From Callorhinchus milii (lineage: Eukaryota): 64,000 bases of DNA. The translations under genes and the position numbers were made by a program. Below are positions 11,742 through 23,345 of this stretch, piece after piece (the stretch's first letter is position 1; every line of letters begins with the position of its first letter). Where the stretch lies: NCBI RefSeq assembly GCF_018977255.1, contig NW_024704742.1, forward strand, positions 103,356,001 through 103,420,000, written 5' to 3'. The notes beneath the pieces were generated by a model. It had not been told where the DNA came from and did not search any database. It saw only the letters and a list, made by a program, of their open reading frames with translations.

Positions 11742-13770
11742 TAACAACAACTATAGCAACTTGAATTTATATAGCACCCTCCACGCCAGATTGCGTCTTA
11801 GAGTGCTTTGAGCGCTTTACAGTAATGGATCCCGGGGCACGGTCGAAAAGAAAGATCTTCAGCTGAGACCTGAAAATAGGAAGAGAGGGGGCGAGGTGAA
11901 GGAAGTGGGGAGGGGAGTTCCAGAGCTTCGGGGCGTAATGGCTGAAGACATGCCGCCGAGGGTGGAGCGGAGGACTTGGGGGACAAAGAGGAGGCCAGAA
12001 ACTGTGGAACGAAGGCAACGGGCAATGTTTTGAGGAGAGAGGTCAGAGAGGTAGGGGGATGCAGAGGAGTGGAGGGATTTGAAGACAAGGGTGACAATCT
12101 TGAAGTCGATCCTCTCTGGGACAGGCAGCCAATGCAGTCTGGTAAGGTCTGGGGTAATCGGGGAGCGGAGTTTGGTGCAGGTGAGAATGCGGGTGGCAGA
12201 GTTTTGTATAATCTGGATTTTATGGATGGTAGTGGAGGGGAGACCGGCGAGAAGAGTATTTGAATAGTCCAGCCGAGAGGTGACAGAGGCATGGACCAGA
12301 GTTTCAGCGGCTTTTGGAGAGAGGTATTGGCAGAGACGGGCGATGCGTTGGAGGTGGAAGAAAGCGGTGGAGGCGGGGGAGCTGGGTGACCAGCAAGTTG
12401 GTAGGGAGGGGATCAAGGCAGCAGGTGGTGCATTTCATTGAGGTGATGGTGGGTGAAAGGGAGGAGGGAGAGATGGGGAGGAAGGAATGTAGGATGGGGG
12501 TGGCGGTAGGAGCAGATGATGGGGAGGGTGAGGGGGGCAGAGAGGGCATGGTGGTGGGTGATAAGAGGCAGGTGGATGATGTTGCCTGGCGGATGTTGTG
12601 TATTTTAGATGAAAAGTAGTCCATCATCTCCTCGCACTTGACATTGGATATGAAGATTGAGGAGGCCTCAGAGGGGGCACGGAGGATGTAGTAGGTGGTG
12701 AAAAAAAGATTCTAAGATTGTTTTTAGCCTCCAAGATGATTTTGGAGTAGAAGGCAGTCTTTGCACTGTCAAAGAACAGCGGTAGCTGTGGAGATGCTCG
12801 AGCCACAGTTGGTGGTGAGCTGTCAGACCGGTCTTCCACCATCTGTGCTCGAGCAGCCGGATTTGGGTTTTTAGGGAGCGGAGATGGTTGTTTTATCGGG
12901 GGATCGGGTGGGTTTGGAGATGGTCCTGGATTTCAGGGGGCATTGAAGTTGGAAGAAGGGTGGAAGGGGAGTTTAGGTGGAGGTTGAAATCGGCCATTAT
13001 GAGCAGGCGTTCAGAGCAGAGGGACAGAGGAGAGTAGAGATGTCTGTGTGGAAGGAGCCAGGAGGCTTAGGGAGGTGGCAGACTATGAGGGTTTTCAGTG
13101 GGAGAGAGGGATGTAAGAGGATGAGGTGCTCGAAGGAGGGGAAGCAGCCAGAGGAGTAGGGGGTAAGACCAAGGGAGGTTTTGGAGATGAGGGCCAGCCC
13201 GCTGCCACGTTGGTTTGGATGGGGGGTGTGGTGGAAGATGTAGCCTGGAGGGGAGGCTTCAACTAGGAGGATGGGGTCAATGGGGGAGAGCCAGGTTTCT
13301 GTGAGCCCAAGTATGTCAAGTTGCTCATTCAGGATGAGGTCGTGGATGGTGAGGGCTTTGTTTGAGAGGGAATGGACATTTTGGAGGGAAATGCAGGTGG
13401 GTTTTCTGGAGGGAGGAGAGAGTGATGCGGAGAGGATTTTAAGGTGTACAGGAGAGATGGTTGTGGAGAGTGGTATGAGTGGAGAGTTGGGGAGGATACG
13501 TATGAGGGAGGGGAAAGTTGTGTTTGCCTTGAGTGGAGGGAGTGAATGGTGGGACACTTGGGGTTGCTGCTCTGGGACAGCCAGTGCCGGGAGCCACGAT
13601 GGGCCCGGCGGAGGATGTCCAGGCTGGAGCAGAGGGAAGTAGTGACTGGGCCAAGGAGAGAGAGAAGGCAGGAAGGGCGGTGGGAGAGAAGGACAGAGTG
13701 GGAATAGCGGATAGAGGGAGTTGGGAGGAGAGACATTTAGAGTGGAGGGGAAGGCTCAGGTTGGGGCGGC
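11742..13770 (-). mobile_element. L2 LINE with intact 5' end and APE endonuclease, RT core deleted
   Basis: N-terminus MSLLPTPSIRYSHSVLL; APE motifs LQNVHSL, DILGLTETWL, GSGLALI; C-terminal [21 protein letters not shown]; deletion junctions near 12370 and 12950; (gtt)n tail. Confidence 0.93.
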
Positions 13771-14889
13771 ACTCAATACAGGTCATGCAAAGTGATTATA
13801 TAATTAAATAATAATAATAAAAAAAGTGATAGAACAAACTTGCGACTTTGTGTAGTCTAATAATTTAATAATAATCTAATAATAATGTAATCGACCACAG
13901 TGAAGTGCTCTGGGACACTACCCGGTATGAGGGGTGCTATGTAAATGCAAGTTGTTATTGTAATTGCTCTTAACTGCTAAGCAGATTTCAACCGTGGTGA
14001 CAATTCTGGTCACTAAGCGTAGCCATTTTATAATAATAATAATCCTTGCATTTGATGTAGCACCTTATCACATTATTGAGACGTCCCAAAGTTCTTCACA
14101 GAATATATTGTAATGTGAATTGATTGTGTTTATGCACATTTCAAATGGTTTTCATTTGTTGTGCTGTTCCTGTTACTCTCTGTACAAGGTTTTGTGCTAA
14201 AAGGATTTTTTCAAATGTGGTTTGTCAAATGTGCAGAAATAAATGAAAATTATTTGTGAGGTGCATATATCTATATTCCTCTTTTTATATGATTAACTAA
14301 AAAAATTTAGATAGAAAATAGCACCGAGGCCACTAGCAAGTATTGTTGAACGCACACTAAGCCATCAAAAATATGTGTTTGAGAACCACTGTGCTATGGT
14401 TAGCTCCTATGTCCCTATTACAACATTTACAACCTGCGCATTAACACACAACACATTTTCCAATCTTAGAAGGTCAGTGGAGAGTGGGAAATGTGATAAT
14501 TATATTATCTCCTATGTTGCTGGTCTGTAATCAGTTACCACCTTTCACTTGACCAGTGCCTTTTTTTCCCCCGTTGGACTATATTGTATTTGGTTCAGTT
14601 TGTGAGTACTTTGTATGAGTGCCTGCATTTCATTCAGATTTTGCCAACATGTGTTGCAAGAGTTCGACAGTGCTATATTGAGGAGGCATTCCAAAGCAGC
14701 CAACATTCCTTGTAGATTTGGGAGAAAAAATGAGTAACTCGGTTACCTGTGGAGAGACTTTTCATTCCTCTAGCCTGGGGCTGGCTATTGCTTTCTTGAT
14801 TAGTATTTGTTTGTTGGTTTGTTAGTTTTGGGGGCGCCCAAACCTCCCTGTATTTACTTCTCTTGACTTGCCAGTCTTGTTACGTATAG

Positions 14890-15120
14890 CCCAGCAATAC
14901 ATTACGATACAGCACCTCACACATTGGGAGCATGTCTCAAAGCACTACACTGCTGCTGGGTGCCCGAGCCAGGGTGTAGGAGCTGAGGAAGGTGGGGTTG
15001 AGAAAAATGACTGAAAACACAGTTAGAGGTAAATCTTGAGGCAGGCTTTGAAAGTGGGGAGGGAGGAGGGTGGTAGCAGGCAATGGCGGGTGGGGAAGGG
15101 GCAACCAAAAGTCACCCAAG
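14890..15120 (-). mobile_element. L2 3' end fragment
   Basis: Degraded L2 3'UTR resembling the 6942-7348 copy. Confidence 0.55.
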
Positions 15121-15207
15121 ATCTTCCTTTCTTTCCTTCGTCGGGCCCTAAAGTACATTTCCATACTGTTAGTGTTGTATTTTTAAAATTTTGTCCAGGA
15201 TGAACCC

Positions 15208-15777
15208 TGTCACCATTCGATTGACTAAATCCAATTTAAATCATGGAACTCAGGAACAGAGGGAGTCAGAGACAAAACACATCAATTTGAAATCTTTATT
15301 CCTTCTTTAAATATATATCTCAAGCAAGCATGCACACTAAGTATTAGCTTCTTTACTAAACTTTGTAAATATACAACATATACTCTTGCCATGTTCTGAA
15401 GAACATGGCATAGTTTAGCTGTTTAGCACCGTAGGAGGGAAGGCGGGAGTGCGGTTTGACAGTCTGCCTCAGAGTCACCTCTTCCTTGTTTACTTTACAC
15501 CCTTGTTGTTTACTACCATAATGTCCCTGGGTGTACAATTCATCACCTTATTTGGTAATCATTTCACATACGGAAAAGCTGAGTTCAGGCTTCCTTCGTA
15601 TCACAAGTTCCTGTTTTGCCGCCTAGTATAATTTGATCATATTTGATCAAACCATCACATGGTTTTGGTTCCTGACTTAATTTCAGACTAACAAGCAGTC
15701 TCTTTTGCACTCAGACCAACAAGCAATCTGTTTTGTACACAATATTAAACTCAGCAATAACAATTATAAGTATCACA
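15208..15777 (-). mobile_element. Candidate solo LTR (about 570 bp)
   Basis: TGT...ACA termini; AATAAA on the minus strand at 15295-15300 followed by a GT-rich tract about 90 nt from the end; no clean TSD. Confidence 0.4.
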
Positions 15778-16799
15778 ACATTGGCACTAAAGAGAAGGTG
15801 GAAATTCAAAACTTTCCCATAGCTCCACCATTTTGGTCACTGTTTGGTGTAACATGCTGCTGGTAACATTGCATTTAATAACTGACTATGCGAAAGTACA
15901 GTTCCTACAGTGCAGCTGGCTGCTACAGTGTTCCTGAAAACCTCAAGAGCCAACCTAATGTCAGCTTCCATCACAATGAATGATTGCTCACTTTACTTCC
16001 ACCCCGGAAATATATATTTAAACACCCTCTACAATTCACTTCTACAGCTTCACTGTGCACCTGAAGTTCTTCAGTCTGAACATTTATCAAACACCTCATT
16101 TGCATTTAATTGTCTCTGAAGTCACACAAAGTTGAACATTGAACAAATTAAGAGGGTTCACTTTTCATATTATAAGTGATGTATTCTGCTTAGTCAATTT
16201 GCATTAAAAGCTGCAAATCATTTGTTTGGAAATTTGCTTGGAAGGATTTCACTGTTAATTAGCTCTCACAAGGCATTCCTTGGAAATTAGTTACAGAAGA
16301 GGAACAGAAAGCAAATTACTGATTAGAAAAGATATTGCTCATTTCCAATTTCATTAAAGATGGCATACCCATTACTCATTTTCACACCATGTTTTGCTTC
16401 CTATCAATTTAAGTAATTAAGGTCAATTCTAGCAGCATAGTATGCTGATATGTTTTAGAGAAATCAGCTTTTGATAACATAAGCTGATCTTTAAGAGCAG
16501 AAATCAATCGGAAAACAGACTGAAATCATTGATTTTTCCCCTCTGTTAGTGAATTCCTTTCTCTCTATACACAAATGTGAAGTGAGACCTGCAAACATTT
16601 TTATTATAAACCAGTATTAGACCCATGCAGCTTAATTTGATTTAAGTGTCTGCCTAGCACTGCTGTGGAAACATTACTCCTGAAGAGGCTTCAGTCTGGT
16701 TAAACTATCCACTATACAGCAGCAGGTCTTGATTCCTTTTCATTGACTGATAAAGATTCCGAGGTACTAATATCTCGGAACAGTGGATGACAGTGGAGT

Positions 16800-16936
16800 C
16801 CTGCACAATTGGTTGCCGTGTTTCGCCCACAAAATATACAATTCATTTTACAGTATATTCTGTGAAGTGCTTTGAGACATCTCAAAGATGCAATAAAGCG
16901 CTATATCAAATGCAAGGATTATTATATTCTTATTAT
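16800..16936 (+). mobile_element. 5'-truncated SINE 3' end
   Basis: caattggttgccgtg...gcgctatatcaaatgcaaggattatt. Confidence 0.8.
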
Positions 16937-17142
16937 CTGCATCCTGTAAATATCTGGAAGATCGAGATCAAAGTGCTTTGTTCAACTCATGCTCTTTCGT
17001 GATCTTGTGATTCAAAACCATTCCTAAAAGAGAAAAACACATTTGAATCATATTTACATATGTATGGGTAGAGCAATGTGGAAAACATTTTGAACTGAAT
17101 TGTTTAATAATAAAACAAACTTAAGCCTTTAAAATACTCACA

Positions 17143-17708
17143 ATGAAACCATCCACCTGCTCCCTCAAACCCATCCCTACCCCTCTCCTTACCCCCCAGC
17201 TCTACCTCCTTGCCTCACTACTCACAGATATCATAAACCTCTCCCTGTCCACTGGCACCATTCCCACCCATTTAAAAATGGCTGTCATCACTCCTTTCCT
17301 TAAAAAACCCTCCCTGGACTAATCCTTGCTCTCAAATTACTGCTCTGTCTCCAACCTCCCTTTCCTTTCTAAGGTCCTGGAACAAGGCCTGGAGCTCCGG
17401 CCTGCTTCACATCCTCCGCCTTGCCCGCTCCACCATTGACGGGCGAGCCTTCAGTCACTCTGCCCCCACCATGTGGAACTCCATCCTGCAGTCCCTCTAC
17501 CTCATCCCTCCACATTGCCTCCTTCAAGACCCACCTCAAGACCCTCCTCTTTGACCATGCCTTCAGTCACTCTCCTTCCTCCCCTGCCCTCCACCATCCC
17601 TGATCCCGACCCCCAGTTCGGATCAGAAACAGTGAGTGTCCAGCGCCTTGGGACGTCCTCCCGACGTGAAAGGTGTTGTTATGCAAATGTAATTTTGTTG
17701 TTGTTGTT
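17143..17708 (+). mobile_element. Internally deleted L2 fragment
   Basis: IINLSLSTGTIP..AVITPFLKKPSLD..SNLPFLSKVLE joined at about 17390 directly to the C-terminal region, 3' stem-loop and (ttg)n tail. Confidence 0.88.
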
Positions 17709-17992
17709 TAAAATGTTTCAATATGATAAGTGCAATTAAATACAAGTTATTTCTTTTCAGGGAAGCATGTTTTTCAGGAAGATTTTTTTCACATGAGGAT
17801 TCACAAATACATTTCACAGTTCATCGCTTCATTCAACCACCACCGAGTAAATTTAAACGAAATCTACAAACTTTATAACGTTTTCACTCTTTCATCTTGT
17901 TTGGTCAGTGAAAGTATAAACATAATAGCTTGAGGAAGATGTTCAACATCAAGGACAGCTCCAATTTATAACAATAGAAACAGTAGAAAATA

Positions 17993-18410
17993 AGAATAAT
18001 ACTTCAATTTGATATTGCTCCTCATTACGTCGTTAAGACATATCAAAGCACTTCACAGGATTTTATTGTAAAGTGTAGTGATTGTGTATTTGTAGGTAAA
18101 TGTGGCAGTTAATTTGTACACAGTAATGTCCCACAAACAGTCATGAAGCAAGTAAGAAATTTGTATTTCAGGGCATTGTTGACAAGGACCCTGGGAGAAA
18201 TTCTCTTCTCTTTTCAAAAAGTGCCATAGGACTTTGAACAGGCAGATGTTTAACAACTCATCTGAAGGACAGCACCTCCAACAATACATGACACCCCTAG
18301 CACTGCATTGGAGTGCCAACCTAGAACACGAGTACAAAATCCCGAAGTGAGGCCTCACCCCAGCTTTTTAGCTCAGAGACAGGCGTGCTATTAATTGAGC
18401 CAGGCTGATA
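17993..18410 (-). mobile_element. Deu-domain tRNA SINE, degraded
   Basis: Same head/core/tail order as 61854-62293. Confidence 0.75.
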
Positions 18411-19559
18411 ACTCATATTCTCAAAGCAAGCAGAACTTGGGATCTCAGATTAAACAGATCTTAGGATCCCAGTGTAAAGTTGGGCACGTCTCAAGTTGAC
18501 ACTTTGACCGAATTAATGTATCAAAATCATTTATGAATTACATTGGAATGGTTAAGTGTCATCAGAAGAATGTTCATTAGAGAACAAAGTCATTTATTGT
18601 ACAATAGTCAATTGCACTTGAATAAAAAGGGAAGAACTTATGTTCCATTTTGAAATATTAATAACAAATATATTATTATTTATATGCAGCATGTAATATA
18701 TATTTCATGAGATGTCAATGCAGTGAAAATTTGAAATGACAATCGATTATTCTATATAGTAAATTATATGACACAGGTTAATAAGGTTAAGCTCACATTG
18801 GCTAAATGGTAAGGCGAGTCCCTGTTTGAGGGAGATTCTTCCCTATTCCAGCCAGACGACAAACTCGTTTAATTAAGTTTTAATGCAAATGTCAGTGCTG
18901 GAATTCCTTGCAATAGTAAAAGTGAGTTTAATTAAATGTTGCTTTTGTAAATCAACTCAATGAATTGGTTACCTGGGAACTAATAAAATATTTTTAATTA
19001 ATTTAAATAATTTTTTTACTAGATTGATTGATAAATGATTTATTTCTTTATTCATTGTAATTATAGACCAATGTTCTTTTGCACAATTCTGCATAAAGGT
19101 TTTGCTTCACTAATGGCTCTTTGTCTACTATTGCGTTGAAAGCACTGCAATGAATCCAGCGAGATCAGATAAGTCTAAGTTGTCTGTTGGTTTCCTCATT
19201 GCATAATGATGCTTTTCAAAAGAAAGCTGACATTCTTCATGTATTATATAGCAAACTTTCTGCAGACCTCCTGTAAAATATTCACGCTGAAGCGTAAATA
19301 TATATTCAATTGGGCATGACATATCGAGCCTTAAATTCAGTCTACATCATTGTAGTCATGATCTTTCCTCAGTCAGGGACACAGACATTCAGTACAAATC
19401 ATCAATACTCGACGTGTGCTTTCTGCAGAGCTTCAGGTTATGAGGTTTAAGGCCGATCACAATTCCATTAATTTTTTTTCTTTATTATGTTTTATCTTCC
19501 CATGCAATTTTAGAAATAATTAATTCATATTTTCATTTTCCAAATTCTTATTAAAACAG

Positions 19560-19780
19560 TAATCCATTGCTTTTATTTAGCACCTTTCATGTTGGAAGGA
19601 GGTCCCAAGGAGCTGGACATTCAAGGGTTTGCATCTGTCAAGGGTGGATTCAGGAGGGGTGGGTATCAAGCGGATGGGGATGAAGCTGTGGGGGGGAGAG
19701 AAAGATGACCAAAGGCATAGTTCTTGAGAAGGATCTTGAAGGAGATGAGGGAAGGTGCAAGGCAAAGGGATTCCAGGATG
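19560..19780 (-). mobile_element. L2 3' end fragment
   Basis: tagcacctttcatgttggaaggaggtcccaagg...gatcttgaaggag...gggattcca. Confidence 0.7.
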
Positions 19781-20302
19781 TTTTATTAGTTTCTCATAAC
19801 ACGCCTTGTCATTTTTATTCTTAAAATAAAGTACACAGCAAGTAACCGTGCCAATCTAAGTCAGGTACATTTGGAAGTACAATGCAATGTAAAAAATGTT
19901 TATTGTGTCCATGCAATGCTTTTTTAGTGTAACAAATGTGCCCTTGGATGTTATGCACTTGTTCTGATATGTGCTTCCCTGTGGAAGGAAGAGAGCTGTT
20001 GGATGGTTGCATTTCCAACTGAGGAACAACAGGGGAAGTAGAAAAGCTGCTCCTAGTAACTGTGACTAATCACTGCATCAGCACCAGAGGTCATTCCTGC
20101 TGCAGTTATTGTGCCACAGTGTTCTGAGAGATGAGGCCTGTCATTTGCCCAGGGTTACCTGATGTCACAGAAATTCTGCTGACTTGAGTGCTTGCTGGCT
20201 GTACCAGTACTGCTCCATTCATGCCAGCAGCAGAAGAAAATTTTCCAGCTGCTCACAAAAACAAAAAAGAGGAAAAAATACATTTTTAATAAAAATAAAT
20301 AA

Positions 20303-23159
20303 CCAATCCTTACACTTGATGTAGCGCCTTCCACATAAGGAGGACGAGCCAGGGGGAGGGGGAGGAAGGTGATTAAAGGCGCGGTTGAAAAGAAAGGTCT
20401 TCAGCTGAGACTTGAAAATAGGAAGAGAGGGGGTGAGGCGAAGGGAGTGAGGAAGGGAGTTCCAGAGCCTCGGGACGTAGTGGCTGAAAGCACGGCTGCC
20501 GAGGGTGGAGCAGAGGAATCGGGGGACAAGGAGGAGGCCAGACCCGGTGGAACAAAGGCAACGGGCACTGATATGAGGAGAGAGGAGGTCAGAAAGGTAG
20601 GGGGTTGCAGAAGAGTGGAGGGATTTGAAAACAAGGGTGATGATCTTGAAGTCGATCCTCTCTGGGATAGGCAGCCAGTGCAGTCTGGTAAGGACTGGGG
20701 TAATCGGGGAGTGGAGTTTGGTGTGGGTGAGAATGCAGGTGGCGGAGTTTTGTATGACCTGGATTCTATGGATGGTAGTGGAGGGGAGGCCGGCGAGGAG
20801 GGCATTTAAATAATCCAGCCGAGAGGTGACTCGGCATGGACCAGGGCTTTAGCGGCTTTTGGAATGAGGTATTGGCGGAGACGAGTGATGGGTCGGAGGT
20901 GGAAGAAAGCGGTGCTGGTGAGGGACAGGATGTGGGGGAGGAAGGATAATTGGGGGTCGAACCTGATGCCTAGATTGTGTACGGGTTCGGTGAGTTTTAG
21001 GGGGAGGTTGGGTAGGTGGAGGAGGTGAGAACCATGTGATTTTAGACGTCGACGAGAGCCAAAGAGTATGGTTTCCGTCTTGTCAAAGTTCAGCTGAAGG
21101 AAATTTTGCTGATCCAGCCCTTGAGGTCAAACAGGCAGGCTGACAGAACATCAGGGGACGGGGGGTCACAAAGAGAGGTGGAAAATAGAGTTGGGTGTCG
21201 TCCGCAAACATGTGGAAGTGTACCCCATGTCTGCGGATGACATCCCAAAGAGGGAGCATATAGATCAGAAAGAGGAGGGGTCCAGCCCTGGTCACAGATA
21301 GAGAGGATGTCATTGGTGAATTTAACAGGCGCAGTCTGTACTGTGGGCGGGGCGGAATCCAGACTGGAGAGGTTCGAAGAGGGAGTGGGAGGAGAGGTGT
21401 GCGCGAAGTTGATTTGCAACAACGCATTCTAGGACTTTTGTGAGGAAGGGCAAGTTAGAGACAGGCTGGGATTTGAGGGATCTAGGGAAGATTTTTTGAG
21501 GAGGGGGGTGATAACAGCAGTTTTGAGGGGGGCAGGGACTGATCCGGAGGAGAGGGACTGGTTGATCACATCAGCCAGCAGTGGGCAGAGAAGGGAGAGC
21601 TGGGTGACCAGCAAGCTGGTGGGGAGGGGGTTGAGGCAGCTGGTGGTGCATTGGCATTGAATGTGAAGATTGAGGAGGCCTGAGGCGGTGCACGGAGGAG
21701 GTAGTGGGTGATGGAAAAAAGGATTGTAGAGTTGTTTTTAGCCTCCAAGATGATGTTGGAGTAGAAGGCAGTTTTTGCACGTGTCAAAGAACAGCGGTAG
21801 CTGTGGAGATGCTCGAGCCACAGTTGGTGGTGAACTGTCAGGCCAGTCTTCCGCCATCTGCGCTCGAGCAGCCGGGTTTGGGTTTTTAGGGAGCAGAGAT
21901 GGTTGTTGTACCGGGGGATCGGGTGGGTTTGGAGATGGTCCTGGATTTCAGGGGACAAGGGAGTTGAAGGTGGAGGAGAGGCGATCATGGAGCAGCTGCT
22001 TCAGGATCTCCACAGGTGGAAGGCCAGAGGGATAGAATATTTGATGATGTGAGGGCCTTTGTGAGGGTCTCAGAGGGTAGCCTTTTCCAGGGGCGGTAGA
22101 GAATGGTTGAGGGCTTGGTGAAGGAGATAGGGGTGTGAGAGGAGAAGGAGATGAGGAAGTGATCCGAGATGGCCTTGTCCACTATGCTAAGGTTGGAAAT
22201 GTCAAGGTCGTGGGTCGAGGGCATGACCACGGTTGTGGGTTGGTGAATTTATGTGAAGGGTGATGTTTAGGGAGGAGAGGAGGGCAGTGAAGTCGGAAGA
22301 AGTGGTGCAAGGGGAGTTTAGGTGGAGGTTGAAATCGCCCATTATGAGCAGGCATTCGGAGCAGAGGGACAGAGGAGAGTAGAGATGGAAGGAGCTGGGA
22401 GGCTTAGGGGGGCAGTAGACTAGTAGAATTTTCAGTGGGAGAGAGGGATGGAAGAGGGTGAGGTGCTCGAAGGAGGGGAAGCAGTCAGAGGAGTAGCGGG
22501 TAAGACAAGGGAGGCTTTGGAGATGAGAGCCAGCCCGCCGCCACGTTGGTTTGGACGGGGGCTGTGGTGGAAGGTGTAGCCTGTAGGGGAGGCTTCACTA
22601 GGGGGATGGGATTAATGGGGCAGAGCCAGGTTTCTGTGAGCCCAAGAATGTCAAGGTGCTCATCCAGATAAGGTCATGAATGGTGAGGGCTTTGTTTGAG
22701 AGGGAACGGACATTTTGGAGGGAAATGCAGATGGGATTGCTGGAGGGAGGAGAGGGAGGAGAGAGTGATGCGGAGAGGATTTTAGGGTGTACAGGAGAGA
22801 TGGTTGTGGAGAGTGGTGTGAGTGGAGAGTTGGGGAGGGAACGTATGAGGGAGGGGGAAGTTGTGTTTGCCTTAAGGAAGCAGTTTGAGTGGAGGGAGTG
22901 AATGATTGGACACTTGGGGTTGCTGCTCTGGGCCAGCCAGTGCTGGGAGCCAGGATGGGCCCGGCGGAGGATGCCCAGGCTGGTGCAGTGGGAAGTGCTG
23001 ACGGGGTCGAGGAGAGAAGGAAGGCGGGGAGGGCGGTGGGAGAGAAGGACAGAGTGGGAGTAGTGGATAGAGGGGAGTGGGAGGAGAGACATTTAGAGTG
23101 GAGGGCAAGACTCGGGTCGGGGCGGCAGCCAAAACGTGCACACAGTGCGAACGCAGGGA
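20303..23159 (-). mobile_element. Near full-length single-ORF L2 LINE with internal deletions (pseudogenised)
   Basis: N-terminus MSLLPLPSIHYSHSVLL, APE (LQNVRSL, ISDHFLISF), RT remnants ([30 protein letters not shown]), C-terminal domain; many frameshifts. Confidence 0.94.
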
Positions 23160-23345
23160 GATTGAAAGCACAGTCGACGAGGAAGGTCTTGAGATGGGTC
23201 TTGAAGATGGCAAGCGGAGGGAGCGAGCAGGATGATAGGGGTTTTAGGAGATCGCAGAGGTAGGGGGGAGCAAGATGATGGAGGGCTTTGAAGGTAACGA
23301 CCAAGATCTTGAACTGTATGATGGTGATGGGAAGCCAGTAGGCAC
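23160..23345 (-). mobile_element. Older L2 C-terminal fragment abutting the 5' end of the long L2
   Basis: WLPITIIQFKILVVTFKALHHLAPPYLCDLL...FKTHLKTFL. Confidence 0.8.

Noticed and set aside
14630..14745. Possible plus-strand exon after ttcattcag
   Set aside because: Early stops in the two frames I translated, no recognisable protein and no partner exons.
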